A stretch of DNA of 63,963 nt, filler included, from Octopus bimaculoides (lineage: Eukaryota): assembly GCF_001194135.2 (NCBI RefSeq). It is 5 parts of 5 records of this genome, joined end to end, with 100 filler letters (N's around TTAATTAATTAA, not from the genome) between each part and the next. Parts side by side here need not be neighbours in the genome. Positions count along the whole stretch, not along the records: positions 1 to 27,653 come from NC_068985.1; positions 27,754 to 47,230 come from NC_068991.1; 3 more parts are not named here. One strand, given 5' to 3'. The translations under genes were made by a program, and so were the position numbers. The notes below the pieces were generated by a model. The model was given only the letters and a program-made list of their open reading frames with translations, was not told where the DNA came from and ran no database searches. Shown in pieces: positions 25,426 through 38,465 of this stretch (positions within the stretch are counted from its first letter, which is position 1; every line of letters begins with the position of its first letter).

Positions 25426-27369
25426 CTAAAATTATATCTTTTCAATTGTGAAGGTGAGCGACTTAGTGGTTAGGGTATTTGGCTCATGATCTGAAGGTCA
25501 TGAGTTCGATTCCTGCTACTGCATTATGTCCTTGAGCAAGACACTTTCTCAAATGTTGCTCCAGTCCACTCAGCTAGCAAAAATGAGTTGTATCTGATAT
25601 TCAAAGGTCCAGCCTTGTCACATTCTGCTTCAAACTGAATCTCCTTGAGAACTACGTTAAGGGCACGCATGTCTGTGAAGTGCTCAGCCACTTGCACAAT
25701 AATTTCATGAGCAGGCTGCTTCATTGATCAGATAAATCAAAACACTAGTCATTGTAACTGGCAGAACACCAGTTAATTTTTCCTCTGCAACTTGTAAGGT
25801 GGCATGTTAGCACTGAATTTTCTTTTATAAATTTTTCATTTTTGTTTCAAGAAACTAATGTAGATAAAACGTTTTCAAAAAATTTCTTGGAAGTTATTTT
25901 CATGAGGTGCTCTTTTCTGTTTTGACATACAAAACTATATTGTTCATACTTCTTTGATTAGCTTATAATTATTATTTTGGAATTAATTTAAATAAAGGTC
26001 TGATGTTTTTGCTTTTCATTTATTATAGACAGTGTAATATGAACGTCAGGATAGGACTACGGCCCATCAGTTCAGAAGTTCCTTCATTTGTTTCTTTCAG
26101 GCAGGTAACCACCACCCACTACTTGTCAGGTCTGTCATGATGTCATCATATTTACTGCTAGCAACATGAAATAAAGAGTTTTGCTCAAGAACACAATGCA
26201 TCACATGGTCCAGGAATCAAAACCACAATCTTACGAGCATGAGTCCAATACCCAAATTACTATGCCACACACTTTCACTACAGACAGTGGAGATGAAAAA
26301 TAAATATGTTTCCTCATTTAATGATATAAATCAAATCTTTTTAATTAAAATTACTTCTTTTTTGGGACACGAAAATAAAATAAAAGCCAGTGAAAATTAT
26401 TTCCAACTCACAACAAAAAGGTTGGGTGGTATTTCAAGAATTTAAGATTTCATTTCATGAAATGAAATTACTGTATTTACTGGCACATAAGATGCACCCT
26501 GATTTTACAAATCTATATATTTGAAAAACCAACATAGTATGTTTCATCATACACTTATGAAAGATATTTTAAAGTGGTTTTGTAGGGGGAATGTTTGATT
26601 CTGTGCATATAAAAAACAAAATTGTTACAATATACTGGAATAAACTATGGGAGCATCAATTTATCACAACTAAACTGAAATGGTTGGTCAGAAGCCATAG
26701 ACCTTGTAGTCCAATCCAACTTTAACCTCTTGCAGATCACTTGTAACAATTGTTATATCTTGGTCAAGGGAATTGCCATACAAGATGTAAAACTTGTATT
26801 TTGGGCCGTGATGTTTTATGTTACTGCAGCAGAATGATTCACTACCACCATGATTTTGTTGTCATCCACTCACTGCTAATAGTTAACAAACGGATGAATA
26901 TTTGACTTTCTTTTCATTTTTCTAGGAAAATAGAATTCATTTAGATAATAAACAAATTTTCTTAAAGCTAACACATACATTCAATAATGTAAGTTATGAA
27001 AAGTAGTCAGTACAATAATGTGATCTAACAGGGCATTTTCTTTCCAAAGTTGAAAGATGAATGGTCAGCTAAGTAACAAGGTCCTTATACCAGACATTAT
27101 CACAGGTTTGGCTAATGTTAACTCTAACAAAGTTTCATGTGGGAGCACTACTGGGTGACACAGGAGAGCAGTTCTGTAGCAGATCAGTGTGTACAAAAGA
27201 TGCACTGGTGGTCAATTAGGTGGGAGAGAAGGACTTAAGATGTTGGAAAAGCTGGTTGTTGACAACTGATACCATCACTCTCCAGATGTTTGAGGTAACA
27301 ATAAGATACATATTGTAGCTTGCTTCCAAAGATCATGATAGATCCCTGAATGGAGAGAGAGAGAGAGAA

Positions 27370-27653
27370 AAGAGTTTTGTATGGATAAAGGATAGAGCTG
27401 GAGTGTAGAGTTTGTGGGGTAATTGAAAATACATTGTCAAAGGCAAAATGGGTGCCCAGAATTAGACCGGCTTGGAGGAGAAGGGTGTGGAAGCTTAAAG
27501 ACCCTGCAAATGGACAGAGACTTAGAGACAAGTTACTTGAAGCATTTAACGAAATAGAAGGGGATATAGCATCATACAACGTGGAAGACAATTGGAGATT
27601 TCTGCGGGACAACCTGTTGAAAGCCACCGACCAGATTTGTGGGTGGTGTAAGG
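27370..27653 (+). mobile_element. RTE-like LINE fragment (endonuclease-RT linker)
   Basis: RRVWKLKDPANGQRLRDKL...VEDNWRFLRDNLLKATDQICGWCK; runs into a gap. Confidence 0.7.
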
Positions 27654-27796
27654 NNNNNNNNNNNNNNNNNNNNNNNNNNNNNNNNNNNNNNNNNNNNTTA
27701 ATTAATTAANNNNNNNNNNNNNNNNNNNNNNNNNNNNNNNNNNNNNNNNNNNNCGAGAAATGGAAAAAAATTTAAAGAAAGAAGAAAAAAAACAAC

Positions 27797-27865
<69 letters not shown>

Positions 27866-28398
27866 GCTCTGGTGCAATGTCTGATCGTAACTGATTGGAA
27901 GTGTTATCATGTACATGTTTTGTCTTGGCATAAAAGATCGGCAACTGCAAATATTCTGCTCCACACCACAGACTTGCTTGTCACTTGTTTGACGATAGCC
28001 AGTTGAGCATGTCCCTTACTGGGTGACAATATGTGCATCTCTAATCACGAGTAGAAGTAGTGGGGTGGCTTCATAATCATGTGTTGAGAGGAATTCTTTG
28101 GAGTTTCAATAATTCACCTTTGGTAACATGAGTGTTTCGTTCAGCATCCTTAAACAACTCTATTCAGGGACTTTTTGAGAGAGATGAGCTACTCGACCTG
28201 AAGAAAATTCTAACTGGGCCCCACGTGCAAAGTCATGTGCAGTTATCTTGATGTCGTGCACAAGATAAACACGTGGTACACATATGATTGTGATGCATGT
28301 TCCCGATGTACCCTTATAAGATGAGTAGTCATGATGGGTATATTGAGCTTCGTATATTTGTACCCCAGTGTCACTTTGATGGCATGCATTGCTCTCTC

Positions 28399-28446
<48 letters not shown>

Positions 28447-28479
28447 CTGACAGTATTTTTGGTGGGATGGGGGAAGATC

Positions 28480-28620
28480 TTTGATGTAGCCATAGCAAAT
28501 GACATGAATGTTGTGAGTAAAGAGGTTGAAAAAATCAAGTACTCCGAATTGAAAGTGGAAATGGCAAGACTATGGAAAGTAAAAGTGACACCAGTGGTGA
28601 TCGGAGCGTTAGAACATGAC
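28480..28620 (+). mobile_element. Restriction-like endonuclease (RLE) fragment of an R4/Dong-type non-LTR element
   Basis: IFDVAIANDMNVVSKEVEKIKYSELKVEMARLWKVKVTPVVIGAL matches the RLE D..K.EK..KY..L...I..LW...PVVIGALG pattern. Confidence 0.8.
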
Positions 28621-28623
28621 TGA

Positions 28624-29475
28624 GTTAAAGCACTAGCTTAGTTACTACATGTAACCTTTGCAGACCTCGAGAAGACACGAGCCTAGTTACCACAGTAACA
28701 TTCCCTGGTGATTTCGTCAAGACACCAGCCTAATTACAACAGGTAACATTCCCAGGAGATTTCGTTAAAACACCAGTCTAGTTACCACTGGCAACATTCC
28801 CAGGTGACTTCATTAAGACACCAGCATAGCTACACCAGGTAACATTCCCATATGAGGATCTAGTGAAGACACCAGCCTGGCTGTCACAGGTAAAATTCCC
28901 AGGTGATCTTGTTAGGACACCAGTCTACTTGCCACAGGTAAAATTCCCACATCATTTGGTTAAGACACCAACCGAGCTACGACAGGTAACGTTCCCATAT
29001 GTCAATCTAGTGAAGACACCAGCCTGGCTATCACGCGTAAAATTCCCAGGTGATTTAGTTAAGGCATCACCCCAGCTATCAAAGTTTGTATTCTCTGATG
29101 ACTTAGTTAAAAACCAGCCTACTACCACGTGTCGTAACATACGTAGAAGATCTGATTAAGACACCAGCCTAGCTATGGCAAGTAACATTCCAAGGTTATC
29201 TAGTTAAGATATTGGTCTAACATTCCTATATGAGGATCTAGTGAAAACACCAGCCTGGTTATCACAGGTAAGATTCCCAGGTGATTTAGTCAAGACATCA
29301 CACTAGCTATCAAAGTTTGTTTTCTCTGATAACGACTTACTTAAGAACCAGCCCAGCTGTCAGAGGTAGTAAAATACGTAGATCTGGTTGGTTAAGACTA
29401 GCCTAGCTATCGCAGGTAACATTCTTATGTGATCTTGTGAAGACACAAACCGAATTATCACAGGTAACATTCTTA
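28624..29475. repeat. About 48-bp minisatellite, roughly 17 diverged units, with higher-order duplication
   Basis: Unit resembles GTTAAGACACCAGCCTAGCTATCACAGGTAACATTCCCAGGTGATTTA. A block of about 230 bp starting near 28998 is repeated near 29228. Confidence 0.9.
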
Positions 29476-30335
29476 GTTGATCTGGTTGGTACCTATTCCT
29501 GACAAACAGGTGAAATAAATAAGGTAGTGATATAGTTGTTTTCGTTCTTCAAAATAAACAAAATGGAAAAAAAAGCAAACAAGCAAACAAACAAACAAAT
29601 AAAAATCAACCCCACCAACACATGCACGCACGTACGCACACACAACGAAGTGCTGGCAGCAAATTTTTAACCGATGCATCATCAACAGCAGGTAGCCCAA
29701 TATCTTATCCGCCTGGCATGCCTTTTGAAAGAAAATCCTTAATTAATCGGACCTATACACGACCTCACACTGCTTCTACTAACTCTAAGATAAAATGCCA
29801 GACGTGATTAATGCATATTTTCTCGTCAACTTCCATACAATTCTTATTGTTGTAGTTGTTAGTATTTTTACTATTACTATTACTATGACTATTGTTGCTG
29901 TTGTTGTTGTTGTTGTTGTTATTGTCGTTGTTGTTACTATGTATAGTTTGCTTACTTATTTATTTATTATTTATTTATTTATTTATTCATTTTACTTATT
30001 TTCTCTCTTGTGTTAGTTTTATCTTTATTTCACTGACATTATCTTACATTTCAATCAAGAAACTTACTGATAATGTTATATTTCCAGACCTCCCATCCGC
30101 CAACCTCGCCTCACCGTATGTTTCATATACTCACACATGTGTTACTTACTTGCACCACCACCACTACTACTACTGTGGTGGTGGTGGTGGTGGTGGTGGT
30201 GGTGGAATTGGTGGAGGTGGTGATGGAGGCGGTAGGTGACACACATCTCTAAAGGTATGTACTACTGAAATATTTCGCGAATCTTTGGCATTCCGTCAGT
30301 TGTTTACCAGTTCCTGTCCAGAATTCCCACTATTC

Positions 30336-30372
<37 letters not shown>

Positions 30373-30529
30373 GTTTCAAATTTTTCCCAGAAGGGCAGCA
30401 ATTTTGGGGGAGGAGATGAGTCGATTACATCGACCCCAGTGTTCAACTGGTACTCATTTTATCGACCCCGAAAGGATAATAGGCAATGTCGAACTCGGCG
30501 GAATTTGAACTCAGAAAGTAGCGACATTG

Positions 30530-30950
30530 TCCCCTTCTAACGTTCGGAAGAATTGCTTCGGGTTAGTTTTGAACAATCTGTTCTCCTCAAACTGCTTATT
30601 TCTGTTCACAAATCTTCTGATCTTCTAGCTTTTTGCCATGATCCTCTGCTTTAACTGCTATATTACTGCATCAAACCCGTTATTCCGTATTTTATATTTC
30701 TTCATTAATTTTTCTCGGTCGGTCTTTTTCCTATTTCTCCAGTTTTCTCTTAATCATTACTCAGTTTTTCCTAGATCTTGCTTTGCCTACATTATGTCCC
30801 TTTTAATGCGTCGTTTCCACCATGGTTCTTTTGCTCCGCCATTGTTTGTTCTCTTAAGTTGTAATTTCTCTTCAACAAGTAGCGCAATAGCCCGGAGAAG
30901 ATTCCTTGTTTGTGTTGTCCTCCGTCTGGATGTATGTTATAACAGTATTT
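30530..30950 (-). mobile_element. R4/Dong-like LINE N-terminal fragment
   Basis: KEPWWKRRIKRDI...KYKIRNNGF...QLKQRIMAK..KIRRFVNRNKQFEENRLFKTNPKQFFRTL, with stops. Confidence 0.7.
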
Positions 30951-31048
30951 ATCTTTTGTATTACTATATTTATCATACTCCTAGCTACCCTTCTCATACT
31001 TATGGGGGATTTTTAAACGGCTTATAAACACCTTCCACGCTGCAATTG

Positions 31049-31096
<48 letters not shown>

Positions 31097-31134
31097 TGTG
31101 TGTGTAGTGTAGTGTGTATATGTGTGTATGAGGA

Positions 31135-31315
31135 TAACTTACAAATAAGAGAACAAAAAATGTTAGAGCAAAAGAACCACGGTGGAAACGACGCATTGGA
31201 AGGGACGTAATGCGGGCAAGGCAGGATCTAAGAAAAATTGACCAATGGTTGAGAGGAAACTGGCAAAGTGGGAAAAAGACCGACCGAGAAAAATTAGAGA
31301 AGATATATAAAACAA
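31135..31315 (+). mobile_element. Second, inverted copy of part of the same R4/Dong-like fragment
   Basis: Reverse complement aligns to 30690-30865 at roughly 80% identity by eye. Confidence 0.7.
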
Positions 31316-31559
31316 GTAACTCTTCATTTTTTATTTCCTCTTATATCTTGCTTTAATCATTATATATTATCATACATTTTTCGCTATCTGTTACCTTACA
31401 AATACATGCAATTTTAAAACCTGATACGTTCATTGTATAACGTCTCCCACACGGTCCATTCCGTATTTGCATATTTGTTATTCATCCCTCTTTTATCTCT
31501 CTTTATAACCTCTCGTCAAAATTAGCAGTTCTTGTATCTCTTCGAGCCCTTTTGGCAAA

Positions 31560-31606
31560 TAATGAAATTATCATCATCCTCGTCGTCATCGTCGTCGTCG
31601 TCGTCG

Positions 31607-31647
<41 letters not shown>

Positions 31648-31671
31648 GTCGTCGTCGTCGTCGTCGTCATC

Positions 31672-31707
<36 letters not shown>

Positions 31708-31828
31708 NNNNNNNNNNNNNNNNNNNNNNNNNNNNNNNNNNNNNNNNNNNNNNNNNNNNNNNNNNNNNNNNNNNNNNNNNNNNNNNNNNNNNNNNNNNNN
31801 NNNNNNNNNNNNNNNNNNNNNNNNNNNN

Positions 31829-31893
<65 letters not shown>
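31560..31893. repeat. Compound trinucleotide microsatellite (TCA/TCG/GTA)n spanning a gap; representative of dozens of (TA)n, (CA)n, (GA)n, (TATC)n and (AAT)n tracts in the window
   Basis: Directly visible. Explains the poly-S/D/V/T/Y ORFs in the track. Confidence 0.95.
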
Positions 31894-31894
<1 letters not shown>

Positions 31895-33448
31895 AGGCGG
31901 CGAGCTGGCAGAATCATTAGCACGCGGGGGAAAAATGTTTAGCAGCATTTCATCCATCTTTGCGTTCTGAGTTCAAGTTCGCCGTATGCAAGCTGTTTGC
32001 AAACCATCTAAGAACGTGTAATAGGTAACCACTGACATACCGGAAAGACGGTTAGGTATCTTGGAAAGACAAGAGGACCGCTCGGAAAGACGAGCTGATA
32101 ATGGGAAAGGCTACTGACGCCAGGAAAGACTGGCGGGGGGCTCCGGGCTTATAATTCTCGCATCTGTAACATATTGTAACAAATACCAATGAGAATGACA
32201 GCCTCATGATTGACCGAAAGGAGGAGTCGAGAATCAATCAAGCCCAGTTAATACGGAAATGACCTTGGACGTGAATATGACTATTCCTTCGAACAGTGAA
32301 CGAAGTGCAAACAACTTGTTTCAGTCATTGGACTGCGACCATGCTAGTGCACTGCCTTTCTTCGAACAAGTCAACCCCAGGACTTATTCTTTGTAAGCCT
32401 AATACTTATTCTATCCGCATCTTTTGCCGAACCACTAAGTTACGGGGACGTAAACACCAACATCGATTGTCAAGCGATTCTTGTTGACTCTATTTTTTAA
32501 TTATNNNNNNNNNNNNNNNNNNNNNNNNNNNNNNNNNNNNNNNNNNNNNNNNNNNNNNNNNNNNNNNNNNNNNNNNNNNNNNNNNNNNNNNNNNNNNNNN
32601 NNNNNNNNNNNNNNNNNNNNNNNNNNNNNNNNNNNNNNNNNNNNNNNNNNNNNNNNNNNNNNNNNNNNNNNNNNNNNNNNNNNNNNNNNNNNNNNNNNNN
32701 NNNNNNNNNNNNNNNNNNNNNNNNNNNNNNNNNNNNNNNNNNNNNNNNNNNNNNNNNNNNNNNNNNNNNNNNNNNNNNNNNNNNNNNNNNNNNNNNNNNN
32801 NNNNNNNNNNNNNNNNNNNNNNNNNNNNNNNNNNNNNNNNNNNNNNNNNNNNNNNNNNNNNNNNNNNNNNNNNNNNNNNNNNNNNNNNNNNNNNNNNNNN
32901 NNNNNNNNNNNNNNNNNNNNNNNNNNNNNNNNNNNNNNNNNNNNNNNNNNNNNNNNNNNNNNNNNNNNNNNNNNNNNNNNNNNNNNNNNNNNNNNNNNNN
33001 NNNNNNNNNNNNNNNNNNNNNNNNNNNNNNNNNNNNNNNNNNNNNNNNNNNNNNNNNNNNNNNNNNNNNNNNNNNNNNNNNNNNNNNNNNNNNNNNNNNN
33101 NNNNNNNNNNNNNNNNNNNNNNNNNNNNNNNNNNNNNNNNNNNNNNNNNNNNNNNNNNNNNNNNNNNNNNNNNNNNNNNNNNNNNNNNNNNNNNNNNNNN
33201 NNNNNNNNNNNNNNNNNNNNNNNNNNNNNNNNNNNNNNNNNNNNNNNNNNNNNNNNNNNNNNNNNNNNNNNNNNNNNNNNNNNNNNNNNNNNNNNNNNNN
33301 NNNNNNNNNNNNNNNNNNNNNNNNNNNNNNNNNNNNNNNNNNNNNNNNNNNNNNNNNNNNNNNNNNNNNNNNNNNNNNNNNNNNNNNNNNNNNNNNNNNN
33401 NNNNNNNNNNNNNNNNNNNNNNNNNNNNNNNNNNNNNNNNNNNNNNNN

Positions 33449-33496
<48 letters not shown>

Positions 33497-33895
33497 CTTG
33501 TGTGATACAAATGTGGTAAATAATAATAGCTAGTATACCCGTATATTAATATATTTAGTTGTACCAAATTCGACAACAAAAGTGATAAGTCACTTTGGTG
33601 CAAAGTTTATCAAAGACGCAAGCAATATCGGAGGTAAGAAATCCTATTTCCGTAAACGCTTATATCCACCATTATTCAGTTTCTGCTTTCCCGTTTATAT
33701 TATGTTACACATACAAATCTCCTACGCCTCATCACACACTCTACTGACATAGAGTTGCTATTTGTTTTAATATATTCACTCGGTTTTCCTTTCGTGGTTT
33801 TGTTATATCCATATCTTTCACAGCACACCTAACACTTGGTTACCAATAGTCTAGTTCAGTGGATCACACACATATGCACGCACCTCCAGTAACTG

Positions 33896-33926
<31 letters not shown>

Positions 33927-34179
33927 TACTCTTTTACTCTTTTACTTGTTTCCGTCATTTGACTGCGGCCATGCTGGAGCACCACCTTTAGTCGATCAAA
34001 TCGATCCCAAGGACTTATTCTTTGTAANNNNNNNNNNNNNNNNNNNNNNNNNNNNNNNNNNNNNNNNNNNNNNNNNNNNNNNNNNNNNNNNTATATACGA
34101 CGGGCTTTTTTTCAGTTTCCGTCTACCAAATCCACTCACAAGGCATTGGTCGGCCCGAGGCTACAGTAGAAAACACATG

Positions 34180-35441
34180 CCGTTTTTTTTAATTAATTTT
34201 TTTTTTTAAGATTTAATAAAAGAATAACAACTAATTAATCAATAATGTATTCACCCTTGTTGTTTACAACTTCTTCCCAACGTTCAAAAAGATTTTCAGT
34301 ACCTCATTGGTAGAAATCATCAGATTTCAACTCGAAAAATTGATCCAACCAAGCTCTCAATTCTGCATCAGTATTGAACGAAACTCCGCGCATAGCATTT
34401 GAAAGAGATCGAAAGAGGTGGAAATCCGTTGGTGCTCTCCAAATCAGGAAAGTACAGTGAGTGTAGCAGCACTTCCCAGTCATGCGTCTGAATGGTTTCC
34501 TTGGTCATATTGGCGATATGAGGGTGCGGGCGTTGTCGTGCAGCAGAGGAACTCCATGCTGCCGATTAGGTCTCTTCTTTTGAATAGCCGCTTTGAGTCG
34601 TTCCATCTGTTGAACATAGAGTTCCGCGTTGACCGTTTGGTTCCTTTCAAGCAATTCGTAATGGATAATCCCTTCCCAGTCCCACCATACGCACAACATC
34701 GTTCTACGCGGATGAAGATCTTGTTTCACGCGCAGTATCGCTTGTTTACCGGGGCTTAACCATTCCTTACGCTGCTTCATATTGATGTACAGGCACCATT
34801 TTTCGTCGTCAGTAACGATTCGGTAAAGAAATCGTTGCCTGTGTCCATGAGTTGAGCGGTGACGAGCAAGCAAACCAGCGGAGATTGTGGCTCGTTGATT
34901 TTTGTTGTTGTCACTTAAAGNNNNNNNNNNNNNNNNNNNNNNNNNNNNNNNNNNNNNNNNNNNNNNNNNNNNNNNNNNNNNNNNNNNNNNNNNNNNNNNN
35001 NNNNNNNNNNNNNNNNNNNNNNNNNNNNNNNNNNNNNNNNNNNNNNNNNNNNNNNNNNNNNNNNNNNNNNNNNNNNNNNNNNNNNNNNNNNNNNNNCAAA
35101 ATTTCCATTTTTGAACTTGGCATACCCATCATGAGCGGTTCTTTCAGCTATGGCACCCTCTCCATACACAGCACAAATGTCGCGAGCAGCTTTTGTGGCC
35201 TTAGAACCTTGATTAAAAGCAAAAAGAAGGAGGTGTCAAAAATGCTCGTTTTTCTTAACTTGACATCCCATTTTAATGATCTGAAAATAAACAAAAATTA
35301 ACTAAAATTAACTAGAAAAAAAGAAAAAAAGATTCCAAAATGATGCAAAAATAGAATTCTCGAAAAAAAAAATTCCAAAATTTAAAAACGCAATAAATTC
35401 CAAAATTTAAAAAAACGGCGGGAACTTAGTTGACAACTCAA
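34180..35441 (-). mobile_element. Near full-length mariner (DD34D) transposon, inactivated, with an internal gap
   Basis: IVTDDEKWCLY...MLCVWWDWEGIIHYELL...LHDNAR; N-terminal YGEGAI...KFKNGNF; TIR-like TTGAGTTGTCAACTAAGTTCCCGCCG at about 35415-35441. Confidence 0.9.
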
Positions 35442-35647
35442 TGTGTGTGTGTGTGTGTTTGTCTGTGTGTATACGTGTGTGTGTGCAGTCTTTGTATGTA
35501 TGTATGTATGTATGTATGCATGCATGTATGTGTGTATGTGTGTATGCATGAATCCTGTCTTTCTGGGTGAGATTTTGTTAGCGCGTTGGTATACAAATTC
35601 ACGTCATCAAAAGCAGATTAATTAATGAGTTGCCACTATACCTATAC

Positions 35648-35817
35648 CTCGGCTAACCGTGACCATTAGGATTGTGTACACAGTATCACTTTCAGTTTTT
35701 AGCAGTTCAAATAGCTTCCGGATCTCCTTTGTATCACATCCTAGTAATTTAAGTACGGTGTGGGCACGGTTGGAATAATTTTGATCATAGATGTCTCGGA
35801 ACAGGGATAATCTGACG
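35648..35817 (-). CDS. Candidate isolated coding exon (VRLSLFRDIYDQNYSNRAHTVLKLLGCDTKEIRKLFELLKTESDTVYTILMVTVSR)
   Basis: Strong acceptor ctacttttgttgctctttag| and donor CGAG|gtatag. 170 nt, single open frame, non-repetitive composition. Confidence 0.45.
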
Positions 35818-36202
35818 CTAAAGAGCAACAAAAGTAGTAATTACTAAAAAAAAAAAAAAAGCGATTTTTAATAAGGAAAAAAAAATACCCAAAGATCTGC
35901 TGATGAAATTAAAAATGTATTTATTCCAGTAATGAGTTTGTCAAATGAAAATAATTCGTTGGTTTTGCTTCTCTTAGACAATCCCTATCATTCCAAACCA
36001 TTCAATCACGAAACCATTCATACAAATCTTGTTTCGATTTGTCACAGGATTTCATTCAAGTTTGATTTACGTTTTACCCTCTTTCGCCGCCACCGCCGTC
36101 CCCTCTTCCCTTTTTTCTCTTCCTTCAGTTTTTTCAGTCTCATTTCTCTCTCTTACTCCTCGAATTCATTTATTTCAAGTATTCCATCGAGTGTAATCCT
36201 TG

Positions 36203-36259
<57 letters not shown>

Positions 36260-36975
36260 ATTTCTGTTTGTCTGTCTGCCTCTCTCTCTATGTATGTCTA
36301 CACATACGCGCGCGCACACATACACGCACGCACACACAACTATATACATACCCATGCATATACACATGCACACATGTAGGCAAGCTATCACGCACATACA
36401 CATACATATATACATACATACGTGCGTACATACCTACATACACACATATATTCATACGTACATACGTACATACATACATACATACATGGATGCATGCATC
36501 CGTGCATCCATACATACATATAAATACACANNNNNNNNNNNNNNNNNNNNNNNNNNNNNNNNNNNNNNNNNNNNNNNNNNNNNNNNNNNNNNNNNNNNNN
36601 NNNNNNNNNNNNNNNNNNNNNNNNNNNNNNNNNNNNNNNNNNNNNNNNNNNNNNNNNNNNNNNNNNNNNNNNNNNNNNNNNNNNNNNNNNNNNNNNNNNN
36701 NNNNNNNNNNNNNNNNNNNNNNNNNNNNNNNNNNNNNNNNNNNNNNNNNNNNNNNNNNNNNNNNNNNNNNNNNNNNNNNNNNNNNNNNNNNNNNNNNNNN
36801 NNNNNNNNNNNNNNNNNNNNNNNNNNNNNNNNNNNNNNNNNNNNNNNNNNNNNNNNNNNNNNNNNNNNNNNNNNNNNNNNNNNNNNNNNNNNNNNNNNNN
36901 NNNNNNNNNNNNNNNNNNNNNNNNNNNNNNNNNNNNNNNNNNNNNNNNNNNNNNNNNNNNNNNNNNNNNNNNNNN

Positions 36976-37049
<74 letters not shown>

Positions 37050-38020
37050 TTAAATGAACATCACCGATGCTTTGTTCCACGCAGAAACGGCAAGAAATAC
37101 CCAGAAGTTTTTGAAAGCTCTTCTACACCATTGCATTGCTGGAAACCCTTTCATATCGTCATTCCGTATCTTAGAGTCAGTAGCGTTTCATTCTTAGGCC
37201 GTACGCTTCACCTGTGTGGAGCAGCGAGGACTCAACCAGTTCCACTTGCGGTCTTTTATCAACCATGGACAGGGACAACTGATGAAGGGGAATAATGATA
37301 ATGAAGGGGAGGAGGAGAATGATGATGATGATAATGATGATGGTGATGGTGGTGGTGGTGATGATGGTGAGGAGGAGGAGGAAGACGATGAGGAAGAGGA
37401 AGAGGAGCTTGTGTTTATGTGTGAGGAAGGGACAACATACACCTCCTTCCTCCCTGGTTACCTACTTACCTAGCAACCAGCTTTACCCAATCCCAAGCAC
37501 ATACCTACCAGCAGCTAACAAAAACATTTAGCTTCCATCAAACCTTAATACAAACTTATGCACCGTTTACGTCCTTAGCATGTAGCTGGCATCCAACAGA
37601 ACGTATAGTAACAACTACCCTACCATCCACCCCGAATATACATACGAAGCCACCCTTCACTCAAAATATGTAGCTAACATGTTGTATATATCTCGTATAT
37701 TTATCCACTACCCGTAAAATTGTGTGCGTGTATGTGTGCGTGAGTGTGCATGCACATATGTGTGTATGTATACGTGTACGTGCGCATGTTTCTATATGTC
37801 TGTAGCTAATGCCCTGTATTAATGCATAGATAACATTTTATGTTGACTGTGTCTCCCTAATACATTCTGAATATATAGATGTAACTTACTACGAACGAAC
37901 GATCACTGAATTAATATGATACATGTGTGTATGTGCGTATATATATTTAAGTGATGCATTCTTCCCTCTATAATACGCACACATTCACACACACACACAC
38001 ACACAGACGTGTGTGCAGCT

Positions 38021-38054
<34 letters not shown>

Positions 38055-38465
38055 NNNNNNNNNNNNNNNNNNNNNNNNNNNNNNNNNNNNNNNNNNNNNN
38101 NNNNNNNNNNNNNNNNNNNNNNNNNNNNNNNNNNNNNNNNNNNNNNNNNNNNNNNNNNNNNNNNNNNNNNNNNNNNNNNNNNNNNNNNNNNNNNNNNNNN
38201 NNNNNNNNNNNNNNNNNNNNNNNNNNNNNNNNNNNNNNNNNNNNNNNNNNNNNNNNNNNNNNNNNNNNNNNNNNNNNNNNNNNNNNNNNNNNNNNNNNNN
38301 NNNNNNNNNNNNNNNNNNNNNNNNNNNNGACAGATGTCAAACGTAGACTAACACTGAATTAAATAATAAAACTTCCATTAACAAGGTATTTCCATTATTT
38401 TGTCGAACACCTGTATTATATGTACTTAGGTTCATCTTGGCTTTATAGAGAAAAAGAACATAAGC

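Noticed and set aside
8735-26104. Plus-strand exon-like segments at about 8735-8763, 10598-10646, 17508-17560 and 26020-26104
   Set aside because: Splice signals are plausible, but I could not build a coherent in-phase peptide, and such signals are frequent in AT-rich DNA. The 26.0-kb segment is the best of them.
26869-26925. Minus-strand segment with a strong acceptor and a GTGAGT donor
   Set aside because: Stops in all three frames; it could only be a UTR exon, and there is no further support.
27698-27709. TTAATTAATTAA between two 44-N runs; also near 47275, 57422 and 61918
   Set aside because: An identical palindromic all-frame-stop 12-mer centred in a 100-bp gap is an assembly spacer, not biology.
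28624-29475. CRISPR-like appearance of the regular array
   Set aside because: Units are contiguous diverged repeats with no unique spacers, there are no cas genes, and the context is eukaryotic.
37270-37420. Acidic D/E/G-rich ORF
   Set aside because: A compound (GAT/GGT/GAG)n microsatellite.
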